A program made the position numbers and the translations under genes. The notes beneath the pieces were generated by a model. It saw only the letters and a program-made list of their open reading frames with translations, ran no database searches and was not told where the DNA came from. This document shows, one piece after another, positions 1 through 7,933 of a stretch of 36,671 nt of DNA. The stretch is from IMG/VR virus record IMGVR_UViG_3300020731_000011, one strand, 5' to 3'. Position 1 is the first letter of the stretch; the number at the start of each line of letters is the position of its first letter. The stretch is from a virus.

Positions 1-384
1 ACTACACTCCTACTGAGCTTGACAGCTTTTTCTTATCCAGGTACGGACAGTAGTCTACATCTTTCTCATAAAGTAGGTAAATTAGTAGCATACGATCTAG
101 TTTCATATGATAGTCTAAAAAGGCAAGATAGCTTAACTTTAAGTATTCTAAATTTGACTGTAAAAGAGTCACAATATAAAGACACAGTAATTAAAACTTT
201 TAAGACTGATAATGAGACTTTTAAAAATCAAATTCAACTTTATAAATCTAAAGATAGCATATCTAGAATTTATATTGATAATTTATCAAAGAATAATAAA
301 AAACTCACATCTGGTATTAAAATTACAAGTATTGGTTGCCTTATTGGTCTAAGTTATATTCTTTTTTCTTTAATACATCATTGA
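1..384 (+). CDS. 5'-truncated membrane-anchored coiled-coil protein (possible spanin-like lysis protein)
   Basis: Frame is open from base 1 (TTLLLSLTAFS, signal-like). Helical middle and a C-terminal hydrophobic segment (IGCLIGLSYILFSLI). Confidence 0.45.
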   Translation, partial: TTLLLSLTAFSYPGTDSSLHLSHKVGKLVAYDLVSYDSLKRQDSLTLSILNLTVKESQYKDTVIKTFKTDNETFKNQIQLYKSKDSISRIYIDNLSKNNKKLTSGIKITSIGCLIGLSYILFSLIHH

Positions 385-391
385 TATTATA

Positions 392-1096
392 ATGCCCCAA
401 AAAATTACTCTTATTAGTGATACTCATTGTAAACACAAACAATGTCATTTTGATTTACCTGGAGGTAATATAATAATTCATGCTGGTGATATTTCTTCTA
501 TGGGGTATGAGCATGAGATAAGAGAGTTTTGTGGTTGGTATAATAAACTGGCTATATACGATCATAAGGTATTCATTGCTGGTAACCATGATTGGGGTTT
601 TCAGGATAATGTTGAGAAAACAAAAGAAATTCTGGATTTTTATAAGAATATAAACTACCTACAGGATGATTTATATCTTACTGGTGAGGAATATGATAAT
701 TATAAGGATAGGGTTAAAATTTGGGGTAGTCCTTGGCAACCTGAGTTCTATAATTGGGCGTTTAATTTGCCAAGACGTGGTGAGGAAATTAGATATAAAT
801 GGTCATTGATTCCAGCTGATACGGATATATTGGTTACACACGGTCCTGCTTGGGGTTATGTTGACCAGGTTATCGGTAGATCAGATCATCTTGGTTGTGA
901 GTTATTGGCTGACAGAATTAAGGAAATTAAACCTAAAATTCATGTTTGCGGTCATATTCACTCTGGTCATGGTTATTATTATGATGGTGATACTCATTAT
1001 TTTAATGCTTCGATATTAGGAGAAGATTATAATTATAGAAATAAACCAATTACTTTTATTTGGGATAAAAATACTAATAGTATTGAATTCATTTAG
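392..1096 (+). CDS. Calcineurin-like metallophosphoesterase (MPPED/239FB-like)
   Basis: Motifs ISDTH, HAGD, AGNHD, THGP and GHIH. Confidence 0.9.
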   Translation: MPQKITLISDTHCKHKQCHFDLPGGNIIIHAGDISSMGYEHEIREFCGWYNKLAIYDHKVFIAGNHDWGFQDNVEKTKEILDFYKNINYLQDDLYLTGEEYDNYKDRVKIWGSPWQPEFYNWAFNLPRRGEEIRYKWSLIPADTDILVTHGPAWGYVDQVIGRSDHLGCELLADRIKEIKPKIHVCGHIHSGHGYYYDGDTHYFNASILGEDYNYRNKPITFIWDKNTNSIEFI

Positions 1097-1099
1097 ATG

Positions 1100-1107
1100 A
1101 TATTTAT
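1100..1107 (+). promoter_or_regulatory. ATATTTAT upstream motif (putative late promoter)
   Basis: Intergenic, 14 nt before ATG 1122. The same motif precedes six other genes. Confidence 0.5.
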
Positions 1108-1121
1108 TATAAAATATCGCT

Positions 1122-1421
1122 ATGAGTACTTCAAAAAATGGATTTATTTCCTGGATTCAAGATCTTTTTAAAGATGAAAGAGGTTCTACTTCAATTAAAC
1201 CAGTAATTGCTTTTGTAGGCGCTTTATTTTTATGTATAACTATGATGCTAAATAGCTATACTCATGAAAATATGAAGCCTTCAGATGGTCTTGTACAAGC
1301 TGTTACAATTATAACTGCAATAGGTATGGGTGCAGATACTTTAGATAAATTTAGTTTTAAACCTAATCAATCTAGTCCATCTTCAGATTCTAATTCAGAT
1401 TCAAAAGATATTCAAGCCTAA
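1122..1421 (+). CDS. Small two-TM membrane protein, putative holin
   Basis: Hydrophobic segments VIAFVGALFLCITMML and LVQAVTIITAIGMGA, plus a polar C-terminal tail. Confidence 0.5.
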   Translation: MSTSKNGFISWIQDLFKDERGSTSIKPVIAFVGALFLCITMMLNSYTHENMKPSDGLVQAVTIITAIGMGADTLDKFSFKPNQSSPSSDSNSDSKDIQA

Positions 1422-1443
1422 TAATTCTATAAAATATAATATT

Positions 1444-1480
1444 AAAACCCTAAGTTAGTAATAGCTTAGGGTTTTTTATT
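1444..1480 (+). terminator. Rho-independent terminator
   Basis: Stem AAAACCCTAAGTTA / TAGCTTAGGGTTTT with a GTAA tetraloop and T-tract. Confidence 0.85.
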
Positions 1481-1512
1481 TATACAGCAAAAAAACAAAT
1501 ATACATTGAAAA

Positions 1513-1545
1513 GTTGTAAAATCTCAAAAATTAATCGTACATTTG
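1513..1545 (+). promoter_or_regulatory. Bacteroidota-type sigma-70 promoter (-33/-7)
   Basis: GTTG (1513-1516), 21-nt spacer, TACATTTG (1538-1545). Sits right after a terminator and before a run of small genes. Confidence 0.7.
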
Positions 1546-1576
1546 TATTATACAAAACAGCTAATCTAATTTAATA

Positions 1577-1864
1577 ATGAGCACTTTTAAAGTACCATTA
1601 AGTACATATCTTAAAATAAATGATAAAATTTCAAAAAATAGAAAAGTAGAAGCGCATGTAAATTCTCATACTACTATAGTACTTTCAGAATGTGAAATTG
1701 TAAAACGTCAATTTGATTTTAGAGGCGACATAATAGACTATGATGCAGTACGAGGTAAAACTGTCTATGGATCTATTTTAGAATGTTCAGTTATGGATTC
1801 ATTTATAATTATGGATATTTCTTTTTTAAAAGAAAAACCGGATCTTTGTTTTGAAGTAGAATAA
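1577..1864 (+). CDS. Hypothetical protein
   Basis: 95-aa ORF downstream of the promoter, A-rich start context. Confidence 0.7.
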   Translation: MSTFKVPLSTYLKINDKISKNRKVEAHVNSHTTIVLSECEIVKRQFDFRGDIIDYDAVRGKTVYGSILECSVMDSFIIMDISFLKEKPDLCFEVE

Positions 1865-1889
1865 TCAAATATAAAAATAAAATATAAGA

Positions 1890-1988
1890 ATGAAAAAGAA
1901 ATGTGGAGTGATAATTTTACCTGATAATAGAATGCAAGAAATAGATAGTGTATTAAATGTACTTAAAAAATTTAAAATGAAACCGTAA
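1890..1988 (+). CDS. Possible 32-aa small protein (not in ORF track)
   Basis: MKKKCGVIILPDNRMQEIDSVLNVLKKFKMKP fills the gap and ends 3 nt before the next ATG. Confidence 0.35.
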   Translation: MKKKCGVIILPDNRMQEIDSVLNVLKKFKMKP

Positions 1989-1991
1989 AAC

Positions 1992-2243
1992 ATGATACTA
2001 TTTAAAAAGCAAACACACTCAGAAGCAATGAGGAAAAAAGCATTAGAATCCTCACTTCAAATAATATTAAGATGGATAGATACTGTTGCAGGTAATGGTC
2101 ATTTTTCTTATAATATTGACATAAAAAAGGATCTTACATCATCTGGTCTATCAAGAGATATAGTTGATACTATGAAAATTGAATTAGAGAAGATGGGATA
2201 TAAAATAACTATTGTTGAAGACAGATTTCAAATAAAGTGGTAA
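1992..2243 (+). CDS. Hypothetical protein
   Basis: 83-aa ORF in a tightly packed co-directional run. Confidence 0.7.
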   Translation: MILFKKQTHSEAMRKKALESSLQIILRWIDTVAGNGHFSYNIDIKKDLTSSGLSRDIVDTMKIELEKMGYKITIVEDRFQIKW

Positions 2244-2260
2244 TCTAAAAACATACAAAC

Positions 2261-2443
2261 ATGAACGAGATAAATATGGAAAAGAAATATAAAATCTTAT
2301 ACTGGGCAGATAATGATTTTGCTGTATTTGAAGTAGAAGAAAGCGAATATGGCGAAATAGATTCAGAGCTCGGATCTCCATTAATGATCGGCTCACTTAT
2401 TGATTGTGAAATGCTTATTGCATTAAAAAATAAAAATAATTAA
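2261..2443 (+). CDS. Hypothetical protein
   Basis: 60-aa acidic ORF in the run. Confidence 0.6.
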   Translation: MNEINMEKKYKILYWADNDFAVFEVEESEYGEIDSELGSPLMIGSLIDCEMLIALKNKNN

Positions 2444-2466
2444 AATTTAAAATAAATAATATAATT

Positions 2467-2697
2467 ATGGAAAATCAAAAAATAAAAAAAGTACAAACAG
2501 AAACTATGTATGAAGTTGAATTTAATAATAAATTTTATACAGTAGTTCATTGCGAAGATAATAATCATCAGAGCGGATATTCATCTTGGGAAATTTATGA
2601 TGATAATGGTGATGAAATACAAGGTCGATTAGAGGAAAAATTAATAGAATTTATTCTAGAAAATGCAGATTTGCCATATGATTTACTTGATAATTAA
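2467..2697 (+). CDS. Hypothetical acidic protein
   Basis: 76-aa ORF in the run. Confidence 0.7.
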   Translation: MENQKIKKVQTETMYEVEFNNKFYTVVHCEDNNHQSGYSSWEIYDDNGDEIQGRLEEKLIEFILENADLPYDLLDN

Positions 2698-2743
2698 ATT
2701 ATAATTTCTTAATCTTATTTTTTACTTTTACAAAAACAAATTT

Positions 2744-2926
2744 ATGCAAGATTCAAATATCAAATTAGAGATCGAATTAAAGTATAATGTATCTCTCTAC
2801 CCAGAAAAAGTTAAATTTCATAAAAGCATTATTGAGTATTATTCTGCAAAAAAGAAATTATCTGATACTCAAATTAATCGACTTAAAAACCCCCTATATC
2901 CTATTCCTGGAGTAACTACTAAATAG
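2744..2926 (+). CDS. Hypothetical protein
   Basis: 60-aa ORF preceded by promoter-like TACTTTTAC (2723-2731). Confidence 0.65.
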   Translation: MQDSNIKLEIELKYNVSLYPEKVKFHKSIIEYYSAKKKLSDTQINRLKNPLYPIPGVTTK

Positions 2927-2936
2927 TAATAAAATA

Positions 2937-3164
2937 ATGATAAAGAAAACTAACTGGATGACCTCAGATTTGACTGCTCATATCACCGAATCTAAGTCTA
3001 TATCTAAAGAAGAAGTACAAAAAAAAGTAGCGTCTTTGCAAAAAAAGACTTCTTCTTTGATCTCAGAATCTGAAGAGTTATATTCAGTTGCACCTACTAG
3101 TGAATTATATAGTATAATTAATATTTTAGAAAACATAATTAGAGAACTAGATAAATTAAAATAA
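2937..3164 (+). CDS. Hypothetical coiled-coil protein
   Basis: 75-aa helical ORF. Confidence 0.65.
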   Translation: MIKKTNWMTSDLTAHITESKSISKEEVQKKVASLQKKTSSLISESEELYSVAPTSELYSIINILENIIRELDKLK

Positions 3165-3168
3165 AGAT

Positions 3169-3369
3169 ATGAAAAAAGTTTATAAATTTTATATGTATAA
3201 GACTATACAAAATAGTTTTATTCAAATAGCACTACTTCCAGGATTTTATATAACTCACTCTAAGCAATCTCATTTTATAGAATCTGGTATTTATACAGAT
3301 ATTTTTATAATCGGTTTCGATTTTCTTATTTGGGATTTTGGAATTCAAATTTTTAAAGACATATATTAA
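3169..3369 (+). CDS. Hypothetical protein
   Basis: 66-aa ORF ending 1 nt before ATG 3371. Confidence 0.6.
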   Translation: MKKVYKFYMYKTIQNSFIQIALLPGFYITHSKQSHFIESGIYTDIFIIGFDFLIWDFGIQIFKDIY

Positions 3370-3370
3370 T

Positions 3371-4504
3371 ATGGAAAATTTAAACTCTGTAGCATTCATT
3401 GCTCGAATTAATCAAATTATACCTATACCAGGCGCCGATAACATCGAGCAGGCCATGGTAGGTAATTGGTCTTGTATTATCAAGAAAGATCAATATGCAG
3501 AAGGTGATTTAATAGTATGTGCAACCACAGACGCGGTAATACCAGAAACATTGGCTGAAAAAATGAATGTAACAAATTATCTACGTTCTGGCAATCGTGT
3601 TCGAACTATCAAGCTTCGTGGTGTGTATTCAGAATGTTTGATCATACCTTTTATGTATACTGAAATGGAAATTTCAAAACTGAAAGAGGGCATGGATGTA
3701 ATGTCATATATGAGCATTGTAAAGTATGAACCTCCAGCAAAACAAATTCAGCTTGCTTCTGGTAAAAAAATTAGATATTCAGAAAATCCAAATTTCCCTA
3801 TTTACTATAAATTTCCAAATATAAAGAATGTGAATAATATGTTTACTCAAGAAGATATTGTTCAAATTACTAGAAAAATTCACGGTACTAATGCTCGATA
3901 TGGCATTGTAAAAAAGAATAAATTTACTCTTTGGGATAAAATAAAAAGATTTCTTAGAATCACTGATGAGTGGTATCAATATGAATTTGTAATAGGTTCT
4001 CATAATGTAGAAAGAGGCTCTGATTCTCAAGGGTTTTATGATACTAATGTATGGTATGAAATAGCTGATAAATATAAGATCAAAGAAAAACTTTGGAATT
4101 TTGCAAGACAATACTCAACTCCTGAAGATTTTGGATCTGGATTTATAATATATGGTGAGATCTATGGGGCAGGTATTCAAAAGAATTATGATTATGGTTT
4201 AAAAGATATTGAATTTGCAATTTTTGATATTAAAGAAAATGGAGAGTATTATAGCACAGAATCTACCGAAGCTACAACACGAGCACTTTTAGAACTCCCA
4301 CATATTCCAGTTTTATATTTTGGACCTTGGTCACAAGAAATTCAAGATTCTTTTACTTTTAAAAACTTTATTGAAGGCACAAAAGTACCTCATGAGGGAG
4401 TAGTAATAAAATTAGAGACAGGAGAAAGACAAAAGGTGGCAAAAGTTATAAATCCTGATTATCTTATTTATGGTGAAAAGAATGATATTGGAGACTCACA
4501 TTAA
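3371..4504 (+). CDS. RNA ligase, Rnl2/DRB0094 family, with N-terminal OB-fold-like domain
   Basis: N-terminal IPIPGADNIE and nucleotidyltransferase motifs KIHGTN (I), GEIYG (III), FAIFDI (IIIa), EGVV (IV), KVAK (V). ATG 3371 preferred over the overlapping start at 3338. Confidence 0.88.
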   Translation: MENLNSVAFIARINQIIPIPGADNIEQAMVGNWSCIIKKDQYAEGDLIVCATTDAVIPETLAEKMNVTNYLRSGNRVRTIKLRGVYSECLIIPFMYTEMEISKLKEGMDVMSYMSIVKYEPPAKQIQLASGKKIRYSENPNFPIYYKFPNIKNVNNMFTQEDIVQITRKIHGTNARYGIVKKNKFTLWDKIKRFLRITDEWYQYEFVIGSHNVERGSDSQGFYDTNVWYEIADKYKIKEKLWNFARQYSTPEDFGSGFIIYGEIYGAGIQKNYDYGLKDIEFAIFDIKENGEYYSTESTEATTRALLELPHIPVLYFGPWSQEIQDSFTFKNFIEGTKVPHEGVVIKLETGERQKVAKVINPDYLIYGEKNDIGDSH

Positions 4505-4512
4505 AATATAAT

Positions 4513-4758
4513 ATGAAACAAGATGTAAATAGCATAGAATTAATAAATTCACAAGGGGAAGAGCTATTGGCAATTCGTAAGGACTGTATTGAAAATAGTG
4601 GTCATGGGATATTTCTAAGATCAATTTATAGTATTATCAATAAAGACTCTTTGCAAATTACACTTTTTAATGAAGAGGAATTTCAAGATTTTATTAATGG
4701 TAAATTGAATATTGTAGAGCCTAATGGTAAAATTTGGAATAATATTAAAATTAAATAA
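4513..4758 (+). CDS. Hypothetical protein
   Basis: 81-aa ORF in the run. Confidence 0.65.
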   Translation: MKQDVNSIELINSQGEELLAIRKDCIENSGHGIFLRSIYSIINKDSLQITLFNEEEFQDFINGKLNIVEPNGKIWNNIKIK

Positions 4759-4782
4759 AAAATATACAAATAATAATACTAT

Positions 4783-5034
4783 ATGACAATAGAAACATTA
4801 AAAAAATTAATACTTGCAGTAATTCCTAAATCAGATTTAGAGACTATTGATAGGATCAATTTTATGTTTGATTTATATGAAAAAGATAATATAATCCCGC
4901 CTACAAATATAAGTCCAAATTATGTTTATGATTATCATACTACAAATTTCTATGATACTTGCTCATGTAATCCTAAAAATGGAGGATCTGGAGTTTGTAA
5001 TTGTACGATGAGTGGAATTTCATTAACTTGCTAA
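4783..5034 (+). CDS. Hypothetical protein with Cys-rich C-terminus
   Basis: Contains CSCNPKNGGSGVCNC and ends in C. Confidence 0.7.
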   Translation: MTIETLKKLILAVIPKSDLETIDRINFMFDLYEKDNIIPPTNISPNYVYDYHTTNFYDTCSCNPKNGGSGVCNCTMSGISLTC

Positions 5035-5047
5035 AATAATATATAAT

Positions 5048-5347
5048 ATGTCAGGGGGTACTTTTAATTATACGCAATATGAAATATCAAATATTATTGA
5101 TACTATTGAGGATATAATAGAAAAAAATGGAAAAAATATATCAAAAGAAGATCTGGGATATTGGGATTCAGAAGATTCAAAATACTCAAATTACCCAGAA
5201 GATATTATCGAGGAATTTAAAAATGGAGTTAAGTATTTAAAAATAGCCCAAGTCTATGCTCAAAGAATAGATTGGTTAGTAGCATGCGATGATGGAGAAG
5301 ATTCTTTTAGAAAAAGATTAAAAGAGGATTTAAAAAAGATAAAATAA
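5048..5347 (+). CDS. Phage hypothetical protein
   Basis: 99 aa, MSGGTFNY...RIDWLVACDDGEDSF. Confidence 0.75.
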   Translation: MSGGTFNYTQYEISNIIDTIEDIIEKNGKNISKEDLGYWDSEDSKYSNYPEDIIEEFKNGVKYLKIAQVYAQRIDWLVACDDGEDSFRKRLKEDLKKIK

Positions 5348-5350
5348 ATT

Positions 5351-5542
5351 ATGAATAATACTAAATTTAAAGTAGGTGATAAGGCGTGGAAACCTAAAGG
5401 ATATAAATTTCCATGTACGATAGTATCTGTATTTGAAACAGTTGCGGGCGAGATTAGAATAGTCGCTGAAATGGATAAATATGGATTGCTGCATATTTTT
5501 AACGAAACACAACTAGAACATTATGAATCTACAATGGAATAA
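5351..5542 (+). CDS. SH3-like protein resembling type II dihydrofolate reductase (DfrB/R67)
   Basis: Near gap-free manual alignment to the R67 DHFR core, from FxxGDxxxK..G to GxxxIxxxxxLE. Confidence 0.55.
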   Translation: MNNTKFKVGDKAWKPKGYKFPCTIVSVFETVAGEIRIVAEMDKYGLLHIFNETQLEHYESTME

Positions 5543-5747
5543 AACATCTAAAATATTACCACAAGAATATAAGCTTGTAATATTACATAATGCACATGAA
5601 ATACCTCTAGATCTATCTTTTGGATTTTATGAAACAGCCGGAGGTGATTGCAGTCCATCGTGGTGTATGAATGATAGTGGAGATTATTATGATTTGAGCT
5701 ATTATGAATACTGGGCTGATATTTCATCTATTAATTTACCAGAATAA
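5523..5747 (+). CDS. Phage protein, DUF551-like
   Basis: N-terminal W-x5-LP and C-terminal YW pattern. Confidence 0.5.
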   Translation: MNLQWNKTSKILPQEYKLVILHNAHEIPLDLSFGFYETAGGDCSPSWCMNDSGDYYDLSYYEYWADISSINLPE

Positions 5748-5753
5748 TAAAAT

Positions 5754-6065
5754 ATGTTATATCACATTACTAAACCTGAAAATATTCCTACTATTTTAAT
5801 TAATGGATTAATACCAGATTACAAAAAAGGTATTGGTAAGACAAAACAAGGAAAAGTGTTTATAACTAATAATATCCATAAAATAATAGATACTCAGCTA
5901 GGAAGAAATTATTGGAAAGAATTAGCTATATTATACATAGAATCTAATAATCATACTCCTTATATCTATAAATCAACAGGTAAATCAATCAATTCAGACT
6001 ATGAATTTATATCAGATTATATAGCACCTGAATGTATTAAAAAAATTAAATATATAAAACTATGA
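5754..6065 (+). CDS. Small ADP-ribosyltransferase-fold protein (Tpt1/KptA C-domain- or DarT-like)
   Basis: LYHIT-x3-NI-x2-IL-x2-GL-x-P, then VFIT and C-terminal EF...IAPECI. Confidence 0.55.
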   Translation: MLYHITKPENIPTILINGLIPDYKKGIGKTKQGKVFITNNIHKIIDTQLGRNYWKELAILYIESNNHTPYIYKSTGKSINSDYEFISDYIAPECIKKIKYIKL

Positions 6066-7165
6066 ATAAAATAGACATGGCTTATCAAGATCTCTTAAAA
6101 GATATTTTAGAGAATGGTACTAGAAAAGAAACAAGAAATGGACAAACAATATCAGTGTTCGGTAGACAGATACGACATAAAATGAGTGAAGGATTTCCAC
6201 TCTTGACTACGAAGAAAATGGCATTCAAAACTATGGTAACCGAGCTTCTATGGTTTTTACGTGGAGATACTTCAATAGAGTATCTCGTAGAAAATGATAA
6301 TACTATATGGGTAGGAGATGCTTATAAAAAGTACAGGGGATCGATTACTTTAAATAATTGCGTTGCATTGAACCCTCAAGCAATTAGAGAAGGTTATGCT
6401 CCAGATGTACAAGATGAACTATCAAAAGAAGAATTTATCGAGCGTATTAAAACGGATGCTGAGTTTGCAAAGGAGTGGGGTGAACTTGGGCCGATATATG
6501 GTAAGCAGTGGAGAAGTTGGATGTCATACTTTACTTACTTTGATAGGACAACAAATAGAGATGAAGTAGGTACCTGTATAACCGACCAAATCGCAGATGC
6601 AATCCATATACTCAAAACAAATCCAGATGATAGAGGTATAATTGTATCAGCGTGGAACGTGGGGGAACTCGACCAGATGGTACTTCGGCCATGTCATAAC
6701 TTTTTTCAGTTTTATACGAGAGAGTTGAGTAGATTGGAGAGATATCGACATCTTAGGCAGTATAAATATGGGGCAAAATATGACGTAGAGTATGGAGATG
6801 AAATGGCATATTATGATTCCATAGGAGTTCCCAAACGAGCAATCTCTTTAATGTTCAATATGAGGTCAAGTGATGTTCCATTAGGTCTTCCATTTAATAT
6901 CGCATCATATGCGCTTCTATTAGAAATTATAGGTAAAATGGTTAATATGGTGCCTGATGAACTAATTGCTAATTTAGGTGATGCTCATATTTATAAAAAT
7001 CAAATAGATGGCATTAAAGAACAGTTAACAAGAGAACCATATGAATTACCAACGGTAAAAATATCCGATAGGGTTATTAATGATATTTCAGAATATACCT
7101 TGGATGATATTATTTTAGAGAATTATCAAAGTCATCCTGCAATAAAAATGCCACTTTCAAATTAA
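6062..7165 (+). CDS. thyA: Thymidylate synthase
   Basis: Motifs FPLLTTKK, ELLWFL, LGPIYGKQWR, PCH (catalytic Cys), RSSDVPLGLPFN and GDAHIY. Confidence 0.97.
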   Translation: MNKIDMAYQDLLKDILENGTRKETRNGQTISVFGRQIRHKMSEGFPLLTTKKMAFKTMVTELLWFLRGDTSIEYLVENDNTIWVGDAYKKYRGSITLNNCVALNPQAIREGYAPDVQDELSKEEFIERIKTDAEFAKEWGELGPIYGKQWRSWMSYFTYFDRTTNRDEVGTCITDQIADAIHILKTNPDDRGIIVSAWNVGELDQMVLRPCHNFFQFYTRELSRLERYRHLRQYKYGAKYDVEYGDEMAYYDSIGVPKRAISLMFNMRSSDVPLGLPFNIASYALLLEIIGKMVNMVPDELIANLGDAHIYKNQIDGIKEQLTREPYELPTVKISDRVINDISEYTLDDIILENYQSHPAIKMPLSN

Positions 7166-7171
7166 AAGTAT

Positions 7172-7408
7172 ATGGATAGAACATACCAAAATAAAGATTT
7201 TATAGCAGCAGGAAATGCTCTAAATACAGCTATAGATTTTGCTTTAGATATAGAAGTATTTTTATCTGCGATACTTATAGCAAAAGAAAATCCAGAAATG
7301 GAAGTGAGTGATATTATATTCAATGCTTTAAGAGAGTGGGACCTACAAATTCAACCAAAACCAATATCTGGAGATTTTTTTTACACTAGTAAAAGAGGAC
7401 CCAACTGA
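7172..7408 (+). CDS. Hypothetical protein
   Basis: 78-aa ORF whose 3' end overlaps a T8 tract and a second open frame. Confidence 0.65.
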   Translation: MDRTYQNKDFIAAGNALNTAIDFALDIEVFLSAILIAKENPEMEVSDIIFNALREWDLQIQPKPISGDFFYTSKRGPN

Positions 7409-7655
7409 TTATTATTATAGATTTGATTTCAATCTTAAAGTTGGTGATATAGTAAAGTTTGCGGAAGGTGCATTTGATGAATATAATAAGATGATGTATA
7501 ATACAGCAAATTCTGAGTTAGCAGTAAAGCAAGGTGTTGTAACAGATATTAATTGTGTTGTATCATCATTTTTAAATGGTTCGGCCTGGACGTGTAAAGT
7601 TGATTTTAATGGTGAATTAATTGAGTTATTATGTGGATTTTTTGAGAAAATTTAG
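7332..7655 (+). CDS. Unannotated open frame, SH3-like phage protein (start uncertain; first ATG 7491)
   Basis: Stop-free from 7332 to TAG 7653-7655, encoding ...FNLKVGDIVKF...GVVTDI...CKVDFNGE. Confidence 0.55.
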   Translation, partial: ESGTYKFNQNQYLEIFFTLVKEDPTDYYYRFDFNLKVGDIVKFAEGAFDEYNKMMYNTANSELAVKQGVVTDINCVVSSFLNGSAWTCKVDFNGELIELLCGFFEKI

Positions 7656-7690
7656 TTATTTTAAAATTGATAAAATTGAGAAAATCAGAT

Positions 7691-7933
7691 ATGATTAAAA
7701 GAATAAAAAAATGGACTGATAAGTCTTCTAATAATAGGCAACATTTTATAGGATTTTGTATTGTAGCATGTCAATTAGCATGGTTTATACCTATTACTGT
7801 ATTTGATGTAGCAAAATACGGCTGGACTAATCCCATTCCACTGCCAGATATATTTATGCAATTGGGTTTAATATTACTATCTATATGGGCAGGATCTAAA
7901 ATTGCAATAAAAATTTTATATGAAAAAAACTAA
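7691..7933 (+). CDS. Small two-TM membrane protein
   Basis: Two hydrophobic segments. ATG 7691 preferred over TTG 7667. Confidence 0.65.
   Translation: MIKRIKKWTDKSSNNRQHFIGFCIVACQLAWFIPITVFDVAKYGWTNPIPLPDIFMQLGLILLSIWAGSKIAIKILYEKN

Noticed and set aside
3338-3370. Longer N-terminus for the RNA ligase
   Set aside because: It overlaps the upstream gene. ATG 3371 follows that gene's stop by 1 nt and fits the domain start.
6062-7165. dCMP hydroxymethylase (DNA hypermodification) or an intron/intein in thyA
   Set aside because: The dUMP-specifying Asn (LPFN) is retained, the ORF is continuous, and the inserts are short and lack intein termini.
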